A stretch of DNA of 64,000 bases from Eledone cirrhosa. Taxonomy: Eukaryota. The stretch spans positions 357,802,001 to 357,866,000 of the forward strand of contig OZ024741.1 in NCBI GenBank assembly GCA_964016885.1. Reading direction: 5' to 3'. A model generated the notes under the pieces. It saw only the letters and a list, made by a program, of their open reading frames with translations. It searched no databases and was not told the origin of the DNA. Position 1 is the stretch's first letter; every line of letters starts with the position of its first letter. Shown here piece by piece: positions 26,088-39,989 of the stretch. Position numbers and translations under genes: made by a program.

Positions 26088-26287
26088 CCCTGTTCTGGGT
26101 TCAGAACAAGTGATCGAGGTTTTTCTTCATTTTCACGGACCACAGTACCAACATCAGTCATGTCAATATGGGTAACATTGATCACATTATTTTGAGAACA
26201 TGACCAATAAATATGATGAGAGAAAGGATCAATAGCCAAATCATGTGGGTGGAAGTAGTTGGAAGGGTTTGGTACTACTGTTGATAA
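26088..26287 (-). CDS. LRP6: LRP5/6 exon (propeller 4)
   Basis: 200 nt, AG/GT, phase 0-2; LSTVVPNPSNYFHPHDLAIDPFSHHIYWSCSQNNVINVT...KPRSLVLNPEQG. Confidence 0.93.
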
Positions 26288-28070
26288 CTAGACATAAACA
26301 GAAGAGAATAATGAAAATGACAAAGCACAGCATTTATTTTTTGTACAGTAAATGGATTCATCATTCTCATCATCATGATAAGTGATTTATATCAGTGTTC
26401 CACACTGAAAAGTGGTAGTGGTGGTACGAGAAAACGAACTTGGTACACGTCATAAAGTGGCTGGTGTTAGGAATGGCATTAAGCCTCAGAAACCATGCCA
26501 GAATGAAACATATGAGCAAGATGCAGTCATCTGATCTGTCTGGCTTCAGAATATGACAACCCATCTAAACCATGAAAGCATGGAAAATAGATGCAAAACA
26601 GTGAGGATTATATTCCACACTGGCATGAGTTGCCATGTTCTAAGACTAGGTAGATTAGATGACCATATCTTGCTTGTATGTTTTAGTTTGGCATGGTTTG
26701 CCCTTCCTGGCACCAACCACTTATACTGGGTGTGTTTTATGGTACCAGTACTACCACTTTACAGGGTGTATTAGGTTTGTTTTATCATGGTGCCAGCAGT
26801 TCTATCAAAATCTTAGTACTTTGTACTCCATACTAAACATCAACTTTGTACGAAAGACCAACTTTAGACTAAATATGAACGTAGTCTTTCATCTTTTCAA
26901 TGAGTCATTAAATTGTAATACTAGTTCAGGGGCAGTGGATTGACAGAATATTCTGTGGTGTCTGTTCTGAGTTTAACTATCATCTTCTGTTACTGGAAAA
27001 ACTGGCACTTCTGTCAGGAGTTGCAACTGACAAATAGTATCAGCAAATGAAAGATGAATGGAAACGATTCACTTCTTTCTTTTCCTTAAACTCAGCAAAT
27101 TTGAAGTACTAGATATTGCAAAATATTTGCTTGTAGTGTTTATGAATAAATAATAGAAGAGATGCACACAGTCTCTAATGAAATACACTGCCTATAATTT
27201 TCAATTAATTTATTAAATAATTAAGAATTTGAAAGAATTAAGTAATATAACCAACTTTCTTATTTATCTGATGCTTGGAACATAAACTTGCTTATTATTA
27301 ATCTGTTGCTTGGAGCATAATTTATCAAAAGTTCTTACATAGAATTATGATGGAAGGTTTTTAGATAAATATAAAACTTTAAAACAAACAGTTTTCTCAC
27401 ACAGAACCTTTATCAACAGGGAAAAAATGGATGTTAAATGATGAGAACTAGGGGCATTTACTGCATAAAGTTTGGTACCAAAAGGATTAATGTGTTGAAA
27501 TTTAACAAAAAACATTGTGTTCTGCTTGGAGACAAGGCAACAAAGTAGTATATACCATACTTAAAAGTTATGGGTTGAAGTTAGGAAAGGTGTCTGGCTT
27601 CAGAGAACCCTGCCTCCCAAAAGTGTTGTCTCAATCAATGCAAGCATGGAAAAAGCAAATGTAAAACAGGAAGAAAAATGAAGATGACAAAATCCTAGGT
27701 ATTCTTTAACCCTTTCACAACCATATTTCTAATGAAATACACTCTTATTTTAATTAATTAATGAAACATTTTAATTAATTAATGAAACATACTAAAATTA
27801 TTAGTAATTTCATTACAAAGATAATAATTAAACATTTTTTAAAGGATAGTTTTGTTTCTTATATCCAGAGTCAGTTTTAGATGAGTTGATATCATCACCC
27901 TCATCACTGCTTACTGTCTATTTTTCCTGCTTGCATTGGTTAGATGAGCTGTCATACCTTACAGGGTGGAGAGAGTTAAACTACACAGAAACAGAGTTCA
28001 AAGGCGTTGCCCCTCCTCACAGAACAAACATTACAGCTACTACTAAAAACAAATTTATAAAAGTTCTTAC

Positions 28071-28273
28071 CTCAGTCCCATTTTCCCTTGATCTTTTAAT
28101 AGTTTTCGATCGGCCATCAATCCAATAAACGTATTTATCATAAACATCGTAATCAATAGCCTTTACATTGCGCAGATTATGAATAGGTAAAACACTTGGT
28201 GGAAGATGTTCATTGTTTGGCACCAAACGGCTAAGGTCACCCTTTTGACTAAACAATAAAAAAGACTCTGGGG
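28071..28273 (-). CDS. LRP6: LRP5/6 exon (start of propeller 4)
   Basis: 203 nt, phase 1-0; PESFLLFSQK...KAIDYDVYDKYVYWIDGRSKTIKRSRENGTE. Confidence 0.95.
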
Positions 28274-28464
28274 CTGTAATAAAGACAGAAATTATACAAA
28301 TTAACATTTCTCACACAGGAAACAAAAAACAAAATAAACAAAAAGCAAGGAGTTGTTACATGGGCACAAGGACAATTTTTAAAGCCTTTCAATACCATAT
28401 TTCTAATGAAAAATATTGCCTATCATTTTAAATTAATTCTAATGATAATAATTGTTTCTACTTT

Positions 28465-28645
28465 TGGCACAAGGCCAGCAATTACCCAGTGTATTACTGG
28501 TACTTTATTTTATCGACCCCGTAAGGATGAAAGGCAAAGTTAACCTCGGCGGGATTTGAACTCAGAATGGCAAGGGCCGTAACTCTATGCGTCAAAGCAT
28601 GGCGTCCGACCCTCTACCGATACTGCCAATCCACTGCCCTTCTAT
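28465..28645 (-). mobile_element. SINE (representative copy)
   Basis: ctggtactttattttatcgaccccgtaaggatgaaaggcaaagttaacctcggcgggatttgaactc; near-identical copy at ~62045-62162, older copies at ~2360, 36115, 47140, 49905 and 56660. Confidence 0.65.
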
Positions 28646-28659
28646 TATTATTATCTAAT

Positions 28660-29303
28660 GATAATAATAATAATGAAAAGTATTGTGTACAGTGCTCAGG
28701 TGCACTACAACTCATCAAAGGTGCATGTATAGTACATAGAATAATGTACAAATGTCAGGAAAATGAACAGTGTATGAGTCATGATATACGCACAGATACA
28801 TGCTTGTGTGTGTATGAAGGAGGAATATCAGGTGTAGTGTTGGCAAATTTTGGGAAGCATGGAAGGTTTGAAGGATGCAGTGTCCCAACAGTTAACAAAT
28901 GAAGGTACTTTGCTTAAGTAACTCTGAATGTGAAAAACTGTTTCCAAAAGTCATGAGAGCTGTGCTGTTTTATGATTTTGTAAGCATGTCTACGTGTGTT
29001 AGACACATGGAATTCAAAATGGTGCTCAGGGTTGTAGTTGGTAAGATGGTTAATAATTTTGTGGGTGTCTACCAAGTCAGTTGCCAGATGTCGGAGCTTT
29101 AATGTATCCATGCCCAGGGAAGCAGGGCGTTCAGAGTATGGTAGATGCCTGATGGAGAGTATTCGTTTGGTTGCACGTCTCTGAACAGTTTCCAGGAGGT
29201 TAATATTCTGAGCAAGATAGGGATTCCAGACTGGTGATGCAAATTCGAAGTGTAGCCGTACCATAGCTATATACAGCTTTAAGTAGATAGCTGGAGAGCA
29301 GCT
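28660..29303 (-). mobile_element. 5'-truncated CR1-clade LINE (intronic)
   Basis: ORF 28914..29339 is homologous to the other CR1 copies; shared 3' UTR and tail. Confidence 0.88.
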
Positions 29304-30024
29304 GTTGGAAGAATTTAGTAATAAAACTAACTTTCTCATTATTAATGTGGTATTTGGAACATAAATTAAAAAAACGTTTTTACATAAAATTACAATGGAA
29401 GATTTTTTTAGATAAATACAAACATTTTATAATAAACAATGTTGATATTAGAACCAGGGGTGGTTTCAGGTGGCTTGGTAGCAAAAGGCTTAAGTGAGAG
29501 CTATAATTAATTCAATCTTCTGTAGTATATTTAGTTAAAATTAATGTCTGTCCCAAGCACAAATATTCGTCAGGTCATAGCTATTCTTAGTTTCCTTGGC
29601 ATTAAATGACAGAATACAAAATAGGATATGTCAGTCACAGTTGCTTCTTGTACATTTCTTTTTAGCTGAGTAAATGAGCAATGACATAATATGCTGCCTA
29701 GCCTAGGAGTCAAATGTGCCTTCTAATTGCGAGTCAAACACTCTAACCACTAAGATGTGTATCTTCACATATAACTGATAATTTCTGATGTCACCCCTTC
29801 GACTATCAGGAGTTACAGGTCCATACATCCAAGTGTATTATTAAAGTTAATATTAGAAAATGTGACTGTAATATTGCCAGTATAGGATGTTTTGGGTACA
29901 ATACATAGAGAGAGATGGTAAAGGTTGAAGTAGATTGGTGAAATATCAAAACATTGTATCATTTCATTTGAAAAGTCAGATATTTCTGGTGTATACAACA
30001 TGTTGATATCTACAGTAGTGTGAA

Positions 30025-30300
30025 GAAGTGTGGCTTAGTGATTAGGGTGTTCGGCCCATGATCGTAAGGTCATGAGTTTGATTACCCACAGCACACTATG
30101 TCCTTGAGAAAAGTACTTTATTTCACATTGTTCCAGTCCTCTCAGCTGGCAAAAATGGGTTGCACCTATAATTCACAAGGATTAACCTTGACACAGTGTC
30201 ACATCAAATCTCCCTGAGAACTACATTCAAGATGCATGTGACTAAGGAGTGCTCAGACACTTGCACATTAATTTCATGAACAGTTTGTTCCACTGTTAAA
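30025..30300 (+). mobile_element. tRNA-derived SINE
   Basis: Head gtggcttagtgattagggtgttcggc..., body gtccttgag..actttatttcacattgttccagtc.ctcagct; also at ~54595, 58095, 61585 and 34975(-). Confidence 0.6.
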
Positions 30301-30751
30301 AATAAAATGGAGCAATTGTCATCAGAAATAACAGCGGTTCAAATACACAACACATAGTTATGGTTATTATATTTGTTTTAAAATAAATATACATAAAAAA
30401 AGTACAAGCATTATATTGTTTCCTCAGGTATAGTAAGTATATTTCTCTTTTTATTTCAGTTTGCCATTCTGAAGTGTACTCTTACATCACAGTTAAGTGC
30501 TTAGTAGTAGGATGAACATTTTATTGTACAAACCTTTGTTCCAACAATTCAGATACATATAATCAGCCCAACATGTTTTCATAAAAGCTGGATGTAAAAC
30601 AGTTACGCAAATGAAAGTCACTGCCTATAATTTTCAATTTGGAGGAATTTGGTAAAATAACTGACTAGTTTGGAGCATAACTAAACAAAGGTTCATATAT
30701 AACATTTTGATGGAAGGCTTTTAGATAAATATAAATATATCTGTGTGTGTG

Positions 30752-30782
<31 letters not shown>

Positions 30783-31061
30783 TATTTTTAGAGACAAAGG
30801 TAAATATCTTATAATCAAAATGTGGTCATGATACAGTAAGGTTAAAAAATTAAGAGGTTCACTTCACAATCCTGAGTTTGACTCCACTGCTTGGCATCTT
30901 GGGCAAGTGTCATTTGCCATAGCCCCAAGCGAACCCGTGCTTTGTGAGTGAAATTGGATAAACAGAAAATGTTTGGAAGCCGGTTGGATGGACTATGGCT
31001 GTAATTCAAAGAGCCAACATTGTTACACTGTGTGTCATGCTGAATCTCCCTGAAAATTATG

Positions 31062-31254
31062 TTAACTCTTTAGCATTTAAAGCAGCTGTATCCAGCCAAA
31101 ATTCTGTTCAAACCGGTAGCTCATACTTATGTTAAGGTATTGTTCTCAAAATAAATAATATCGAAATCTCATAGATTTGATATTATGTGAAATAAAGTGT
31201 TTACTGTGAAAATACAATAGTAAATATAGAGTAATGTAAATGCTAAAGGGTTAA
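31062..31254. mobile_element. piggyBac-like MITE with TTAA TSD nested in a SINE
   Basis: ttaa|ctctttagcattta...taaatgctaaaggg|ttaa interrupts a SINE body (gaatctccctgaaaattatgTTAAgggtac). Confidence 0.8.
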
Positions 31255-31459
31255 GGGTACAAGTATTTCAACCACTTACAGACCAATTTCATGAGCAGGC
31301 AATTCCATTGATCAAACAACTGGAACACTCATCATTGAGACTGATGGAAGTCCACTGGTGTGTAGAAATAATTAATGAGTTAGTGGAGTGATTAAATAAA
31401 TAAAAACCAAAAAAAAAAAAAAAACGCCCATATTGGTCAGATAATGAGGGATTACTCAC

Positions 31460-31615
31460 GAGAACAGGTTCTATTGTCATCATCTAATGAATAATGAGTT
31501 GGGCAGGCACAGGTGAAAGATATATTGTCAGTGGTGTCCATTTGATCAAATAAGGCAGGATGAGCCAGGCACAAATGAGAACAGTTACCATTATTACTAC
31601 CACATGGGTTCCAGC
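31460..31615 (-). CDS. LRP6: LRP5/6 exon (EGF3)
   Basis: 156 nt, phase 1-1; [18 protein letters not shown]...[17 protein letters not shown]. Confidence 0.95.
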
Positions 31616-32917
31616 CTGTCAGAATTATACAAATACAATTCATTACATATAGAGGAATTCACTATATAGAGAAATTTATTACATACAGAGAAATTCATTA
31701 AATATAGAAGAATTATATGCTACATTTTTTTTGTGTGCATAAATCAGATGTTATAATTTCAAAGACCTACATGTAGCCTTGAAGTAGAACCAGCTATTAT
31801 ATCACCAATGGCATCTATTTTAGTCAATTCTTTCATTACAATATTACTGATGAAAAACATTGTCCATGGTTTTCAAGTAATTTTGAAAATATTCAAGAAT
31901 TTGGAGGAATTTAATAATATAACTAATTTTCTCATTATTAGGCTGATGTTTGGAACAATTACTTGCAACAATATGTAAATGGCTAAATTTATATAAATCA
32001 GGTAAAAAATAGAATGTAAAATAAGGAGGGAACATATACACATATCAAGTATAGGATGGAGTTTGTGGTTTAGAAAGACAATTCAGAGAAGACTTTCAGT
32101 CAGAAGACTTCAGTGAGAATGAAGATCACTATTATAATTAGCACTGTCACTTTAGTGAAGACTGAGTTTTGGGATTTGTTTTATATTCTTTCTAAAACAT
32201 CTATTAATTCCCTTCAGACTTTTATCTAAAGAAATGGCAATGTAAATACAGACAGAGAAGGGAGAAGGCTCACACACATATATACAACAGATATCTGCAT
32301 AGTTTCCACATATTATTCCACATGTTTATGCAAATTTCTAGATTTGCAGTCAACAGAAAGGTGAAAAATAGAAATTATACTCCAATGTATAACTGGTAAC
32401 TATTTTATTAATCCTTGAAAATTGAAAGGTGAATTCAATTTTAGCAGGATATAAACCCAGAGCAGATGGATAAAACTAAATATTCTATAAAACATTTAGT
32501 CAGTCACTGTTGCAATTGAGCTAGCCTTGATAGGCTTCAGATTCATCATAGGTTCCTTTTTGAGGTAATGTTTCACAAATGGATGCCTATACTAAACTGA
32601 ATAAACACAGAATATATAATAATGAGCTGCACTGATAAAATGCACCCAATCCACTCTGTAAAGTGATAGTGTTGGTGTCGCAATATAATGCATCCCAGTA
32701 CATGCTGTGAAGTGGTTGTTGTTAGTAATGGCATCCAGTTGTAGAAACCATGTGAAACTGGAATGTATAAGCAAGAAATGGTCATCCAGCGTGCCTTGTT
32801 TCAGAACATGATAGCCCATCTAAACCATGCCAAAATGAAAAATAGGCATAAAATGGTGATGATGATGGTGAAATAAATAATTTTTTTTTTTAAATGTAAA
32901 AAGTTAGATAATTTTAC

Positions 32918-33124
32918 CAGGCTGGCGTGACTCTTGAAAAACCAGGATATCCATAACAAAATCATCTTGACTTTGGTGAATTGTTGTGCGGTTGAATCCA
33001 GTCAGTTTGTGGGCCCGTTCAATAGTATTCTTCTCCAAATCAGTCCAGTAAATAAAGTCTTTGTATTGAGTAATTCCACGTGGTGATTGTAAATAATTAT
33101 CTATGATCAATTTTCTATTTTCAC
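32918..33124 (-). CDS. LRP6: LRP5/6 exon (end of propeller 3)
   Basis: 207 nt, phase 1-1; GENRKLIID...FIYWTDLEKNTIERAHKLTG...MDILVFQESRQP. Confidence 0.95.
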
Positions 33125-34024
33125 CTAGGAAACAGAAATAATTGAAACATACAGAAAAATGCAATAAGTAAATGGTGAAATTTGAAATATAGTCATCCCA
33201 ACACAAATGACCATAATAGTTTGTAACTATAAATATTTAAAAAGAACAAGTAAAGTACCTTTGGAGATGTTAGGAAGTGGATAAAGGAACCTGTTCACTT
33301 TTTTCAGTCTTCAGGAGTACTTTACCCGATTTTTCCAACCATTATTTATTGTGATCAACTATTATTATAGTCATTTGTATTGAGACAACTACATTCCCAG
33401 TTTCAAACTTTTCCAATGCTTCTTAAGTCAACAGAACGTTTAAATAAAAGATGTTGATGCAACAGAGAAAACTACTTTGCTTATGGACATGCAATGTGGT
33501 GTATGATGACAGCTGGATGGTGAAGATGTGCCAGGTGTCCCAAGTGGAAGAAGAAGGCCAGCATGGGCAGATGTAGTGAATGCTGACCTCACAAAGGAGA
33601 TACCAAAAGAAAACCCCTGCAAGAGTTAACATAAAATTGATGATAGTAAATATTAATGGTCAGCATTCTACCACCTACATGACTAAGTATTTTATATCAT
33701 TTACAAGCAGAGAAAGTGGACATTAAGCAATGATGATGCCACACAATTATTTCTAACATAGGTACATGGTCAGAAATTTGGGGATAGGGATTAGTTGATT
33801 AAATCAACTCCAGCATTTAACTGACACTGTATTTTATTGTCATCCAGGAGGTTGAAAGGCAAAGTTGATGCTATCACTGCTGCCACCAGCACCAGCACTA
33901 CCACCACTAACACCGATAGCACCACTGCCACTAACACCAATAGCACCACTACCACTAACACCAATAGCACTACTGCCACCAACATCACTAACAACAACAA
34001 GCAATTAAAATATAGAATACATAC

Positions 34025-34209
34025 CAAACATATCTGAAGATTCGATACGTTTGTTATCTAAATCAGTCCAATAAAGCCTATTGTCAGCATAGTCTATCGT
34101 CAACCCAGCAACACGACCAAGATCTGATACCAAAACCTTTCGATTTTTGCCGTCTAATGAGGCTCTCTCCAACTTTGGCTTTTCGCCCCAATCAGTCCAA
34201 TACATGTAT
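34025..34209 (-). CDS. LRP6: LRP5/6 exon (propeller 3)
   Basis: 185 nt, phase 2-1; [20 protein letters not shown]...[17 protein letters not shown]. Confidence 0.96.
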
Positions 34210-34514
34210 CTAGAAAAATAGAATATATTTAGTAAAAAAAATCATTTTGAAAACAATCGAGAATTTAGAGGGATTTAACTTTCTCATTATTAAGCTGGTG
34301 TTTGTAATATAACTTGAATTATAATGTATGGTTTTTTGATTAATATAAACACTTTAAAATGAACAGTAGCAATTACAGGAAGTGGGTTATATCAAAAGGT
34401 TTAAAATAATAACTAAATTTCTAAAAAAATGTTTCAGTTTTCTTAATTTCATCTATAAATCTTATGCAATCAATCGGAGGGAAGGGAAAGAATAGGAAAC
34501 TTTTTTATACAAAC

Positions 34515-34741
34515 CCATTAGGTGGATCTAATACAATTGAGCGAGGGTCGGAGAGATCTTTCCAGATTAGCACACGGCGGGACTTGCCATCAAGACGAGC
34601 AACTTCAATTCGCTTTGTCCCAATGTCAGTCCAATAAAGATTTTTAGCAATCCAGTCTACAGCCATTCCTTCGGGATACTCAATTCCAAATTCTATTATG
34701 TGTTCCAGTGAACTACCATTCATAAATGCTCGACTAATTTG
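34515..34741 (-). CDS. LRP6: LRP5/6 exon (propeller 3)
   Basis: 227 nt, phase 0-2; [30 protein letters not shown]...NLYWTD...[12 protein letters not shown]. Confidence 0.96.
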
Positions 34742-35179
34742 CTGAAATATTAACAAAGGAAGTCAAAATTGCAATTAGTTATGGAAATGAAACACACACA
34801 CCAAAAAAATTGTGTCATTAAAAAATTACAAAATTACTTCTTTTTCTTTAAATCGATCGACAAGATCCCAGACCTCATTCGCTTGCTGAGTGGGGTGGAC
34901 CTTGTCAAATCGGACCAAACAATGTCTTTTCATTGCTGATACTATCTACCAGTTGCAACTCCTGGAAGAAGGAGCAATGTGAAATAAAGTGTCTTGCTCA
35001 AGGACGCAACGCATTACCTGGTCTGAGAATTGAACTAGCAACCTCACGACTGCAAATCCATCTCTCTAACCACTAAGCCATGTGCCTTCACACAATTAAC
35101 TAGAATAGATTTATACAATATAACAGTTTATATTATTCCATATCAAAATAAACAAGGCAAAGTATCAATTTTGAATGAT

Positions 35180-35530
35180 TCTCTACAAAATCCAGGAGAG
35201 ACCCTTAATTAAGTACTGCTCCCACATCTGGGGGTGGTGCAGATGTTGCTCATATTGGCATCCTAAATTGCATCCAGAAAAAAGTCATTCTGACACTCTA
35301 GCTTCTGACCTACAGACATGCTGCCTGCTCCCTCTGCCTCTTCTACCATTATTATAATGGTCACTGCTCTTCACATCTTTCTGGACTCATTTGTCTCTTA
35401 TCCACTTATCACCCAGAGTTTGCACCTAACACTACACCTAGTCCTTTCTACCCAGAACATAATTTCTCTGGAACTCCCTCCCTGATTAATGGAGCAGAAC
35501 CTGCAACCATTTAAACAGAAAATTAATGGC
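35180..35530 (+). mobile_element. old CR1-like LINE RT 3' remnant (different family)
   Basis: LYKIQERPLIKYCSHIWG-like motif and a downstream LWNSLP-like segment. Confidence 0.5.
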
Positions 35531-36933
35531 ATCAATCTCTCCCTACCTCAGAGGATCTCTGAAGTCATGACCACTGATCCTTTCTCCCGACCTGGCAAGT
35601 AAAAACAAACCCCAAAACAAGTAGCATCTTTTTATTTTTTTTATTTTATTGAACAAGTTTTACAAATTCAGATTCTGTAAATTTGCATTAAAACCAACCA
35701 TATTCGGCCAGAATTCTCTCACCTCTTTCTATTCAAACCAGCCATAACTGGCTGCTCATACTGATGTTAAACCATTTTTCTCAAAATAAATAATATCAAA
35801 ATCACATAGATTCGATATTATATGAGGTAAAGCCTTTACCATGAAAATACAATAGTAAATATAGAGTAAGGTAAATGCTAAAGCGTTAATAGTCAAAGAA
35901 AGAGCTTGTTAAATTTAAATAAAAATGACCTCTTTTACCACACCCTTAATACTTGCAACTGAAGCAATCCCTATTCAAAAGTAAAAGGCACTTAACTCCT
36001 GATGGAGTTGTAGGGATGATGCCCTAACACACATGTCTTGGGTATATATCCCTCTAAAATTGATTTCTTCCGAAGATGGAGACAGAGAAAGAATCAACGA
36101 TAGTAGTGGACTGGTACTTATTTATTGACCTCGAAAGGAAGAAATGAAAAGTTGGCTTTGGTGGGATTTGAACTCAGAGCACATTAAACCAGAATAAATA
36201 ACAAAGCATTTTACTCCAGTGCCCTAACGATTCTACACTGACGGGAAGCTTAATCCTTTTGATGACAAATCACTTGAAACCCACACTGGTTCTATGATAC
36301 AAAGCTGTTTATTTTGAATTATTTATATTTATCTAAAACCCTTTAAGTTATGTTCTCAACATCAGCTTGATAATGAGAAAGTTAGTTATAATTCTTGATT
36401 ATTTTCAAAATTATTTGAAAATCTTAGCATATTCTTAATAAAAAGACACTGCCCAACAAAGAGGTTTATAGAGTATTTTGTTTTGCCTACAAGACAATGC
36501 TAGTGACCGTTTCAATTCAGAAAGTAGTAAGGACATAAGGCAAGCAACTTAACTTATCCACCACCACCACCTTTCGTTATATTTCTATTGAAAGAAACTG
36601 CCAATGATTTTCAAATCATTTTGAAAATCAAGAATTTGGTGAGATTTAGTAGTCCAACTAACATTCTCATTTTAAAAGTGGTATTTGGAACAAAAGGTTT
36701 TTAAATAGTATTATGATGGAATTATTTTTTAGATTAACATCTAAACAAACATCTTTGTATTGAAAAACAAAATAATAATAAAAAGGAATTTTTATATTAT
36801 GAGATATTTGGATTTGCTCTAAAGAAAATTCTTGCTTTGCCTTTGTCAGTAGGAGGTAAATTTACAAAGGAATTTTAAGAGAAAAAAATTATAAAAAAAA
36901 GAAGAAAAAAAATCTTTTATACAAGACACATAC

Positions 36934-37232
36934 CTTCAGTGAAGCATCTGTCCAATATATTCTATTATCGCTGTTATCAAAATCTAGTGAGTGTGCATCT
37001 TTAACTGACTGAATAGGAATTAACACATCATTGTGGTTGGTTTCCAGGGAAATACGGCGAATATCTTCTTTTCGAGAGAACAATAGAAAGCCATCAGGAA
37101 CTACACAGGTTTTCTGATCGTTAAGAAGCTCAAAAAAAAGCCCAGTAGGACAAGCACATACAGGACCTTTTGGGTGTGTATTCAAACATAGATGACTGCA
37201 GCCACCATTGTTTTCAACACAATCATTAGTTC
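36934..37232 (-). CDS. LRP6: LRP5/6 exon (EGF2 and start of propeller 3)
   Basis: 299 nt, phase 1-0; [17 protein letters not shown]...CACPTG...[23 protein letters not shown]...IYWTDASLK. Confidence 0.96.
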
Positions 37233-38490
37233 CTGAAAAATGAAAAAGTATTATATAAAGATCTTGCTATAAAAAAAAATTTAGAAAATATTTATAGCTG
37301 TAAACAATATGTCATCATTTTATGCTGGCATAAGTTGAACAGATCATTGCAAATCAAGTTAGTACTTAATCAAAGCTACTGTCCTTCTAGATGAGCCTGA
37401 AGACCATATCTGGCTTACATACATTCCATTTTTGGCATGGTTTCTACAGCTTGATGTCCTTTCTAAACCAATCACTTTACAGAATGTACTGGGAGTATTT
37501 TACAATTTTACTAGCATTAGGGAAATTGTCATGTCCTTAATGTCACTGAAGAGCCCTTTGAACTATTTTTTAGCATGGCTTCTACAGTTGATTTCCTTCC
37601 CTAACACCAACCACTTTACATAGAGTACTGGGTATATTTTATCGTGGCACTATCACAAGTGAGGGTGTTATGCCCTTGTCTCAAATGTGACAGGGTTTCT
37701 ATGACTAGATGTGCTTCATAACACCAACTACTATACAGTGTACTGGGTGAATTTTATTGTAGCACCAGTAGTGTGAAGCTATTATCTTTGAAGTCATTGT
37801 CAATTAAGCAATGACACTTTCAACTTTTATCAAGCATCACTAAAATCTGCTGAATGAATTTAACTAAGAATGTTGTTTATTACAGTAGATCACATGTGGT
37901 TTTGATAAGCATTTAGTTTTTTTTATCAACTGAACATCCGACTTGTGGATTAACATGAAAGTCATTAAGTATTTTACAAACCCATGTAACCATAACATAA
38001 TTACGAAGTTGAATCAGAGCGAGACAATATGTGACAAGCCTGGACTTTTGAATTACAGGTACAATCTATCCAATAGGCTTCCATACAACTTCTATCTACC
38101 TAAGTTTACTCACAAGAGTCAACCTAAGGCTATGATAAAGACAGTGAAGTCAAAGAGGGAACCTCATGATTGTAAAAAGAACTTAATCATTCAGCCATGC
38201 CTGCATTCATTTGTTTAATATAACTCTGACACAAACTACAATTACTTGGCAGGCAGATATGCAACAACAAGCATTTCCCCTGTTAAAGCAAGGATTAACT
38301 TTGTGGTTCCAACAACAGTTTCATATTCATTAAAAGGGGTCCTTTTTTGTGGTAATGTTTTGCAGCCAAATGGCTTTCCTGGCACCAACCGTTTAAGTTG
38401 CCTCTTACAACAATACATAAGACTGAAATAGAAAATAGTTTATGATTTGAATTGTTAAATTGTTATGAAATATAAGCAAATCAGCTCTAC

Positions 38491-38631
38491 CTTCTACTTG
38501 GTGCATGCTAACTGCCTTCAATCCCATCAAATCAGGAAGTTGATCAATGATTACTTGACGTTTCCTACCAGTAAGTTTATGCACACGTTCAATGGATCGC
38601 CTTTGCCAATCTGTCCAATATACATAGTCTC
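38491..38631 (-). CDS. LRP6: LRP5/6 exon (end of propeller 2)
   Basis: 141 nt, phase 1-1; [47 protein letters not shown]. Not in the ORF track. Confidence 0.95.
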
Positions 38632-39189
38632 CTAGGATAAAAATAAACAGGATTAGATTAGAAAATCTTTCAAAGCATCAATCTCAGCAAGATCCTTTGT
38701 AGGATATCCAAATAATATAATGAAAAAATAAATAATTCTCAAGGTGATTCAGTGTGACACTGTGTGATAATGCTGGCCTTTTGAATTACAGTCCAATAGA
38801 CAGGCTTCCAAACAGTTTCTGCCTACCCAGTTTCACTCACAAAGCCTGAACTCACCTTGGCTATGGTAAATGGCACTTGCTTAAGATGTCACAGAGTGAG
38901 ATCAAACTTGTGACCTAATGATTGCAAAGCAAACTCCTAACCATTTACCAACAATACATAGCAGTAAGCAACATAGGTATATTACTTACATACTGGTGGA
39001 TCCATGCCATCAATAATGGCAGCAATAGTTTTGAATGCATTTAATTTTTGGAGATCAAACATGTAACCTTATGATTGCAAAGCAATCTTAACCATTCAGT
39101 CATGCTTTGTCCACCTATAATTCATATACCATTTCATATCACCATAACTATAAGAAATATTATAACAACTAAAGTGAAATACAACTTAC

Positions 39190-39440
39190 CTAATAAACTG
39201 AAACCAAATATATGAGGTAAATCATTTGATACAAGAACGACTCTATTTGTGCCATCAAGATTGGAGAATTCAATCATATCTGTTTTAGCATCTCCCCAGT
39301 AAAGTTTCTTTTCATGGTAGTCAATGGCAACACCATTTGGCCAGCCTAATGAGGAGTTAATTAGGGCTACTCGTTCAGAGCCATCCATATTAGCCCTCTC
39401 TATCTTTGGAGTGGCTCCCCAGTCGGTCCAATACATATGC
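39190..39440 (-). CDS. LRP6: LRP5/6 exon (propeller 2)
   Basis: 251 nt, phase 2-1; [20 protein letters not shown]...LYWGDAKTD...[10 protein letters not shown]. Confidence 0.96.
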
Positions 39441-39989
39441 CTGCAATTTATGAGATACAGTTAAGGCTGGAGAATATACAGTAAATAAATAAAATACATC
39501 AACTAAAAAATCTTAGTAAAGTTTAAGCTGAATAATCAATATTCAAGGAATGCCAAAATATTACACATACATTTCAATATCAACAGAATTACCTATGTCA
39601 TCATCATCACTGTTTAACATCAATTTTCCATGCTTGCATGGGTTAAACAGGCTATCACTTTCTGGGGTTAGACTTGCTTATATGCTCCCTTTTTGGCTTG
39701 GTTTCTATGGCTGAATAACTTTCCTAATGCGAAACACTTTACAGCATGTACTGGGAGCATTTTATCATGACCCCAGCATTACCAGCTTACAGAGTGGACT
39801 GGGTACTTATTTTTTATAATGACACCAGCGCTACCACCTTACAGGATGGACTGGGTACTTCTTGTCATGTCACCAGCATTACCGCATTACAGAGTGGGTT
39901 AAATACATTTTATCAAGGTACTAGCACAAACATTGCATTAAAACAATAAAAGACAACCACAAATGTTTTAAAGCTATTTACTCTGTTAA

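Noticed and set aside
33875-34005. Thr/Asn-rich or hydrophobic ORFs
   Set aside because: Degenerate trinucleotide repeat in an intron.
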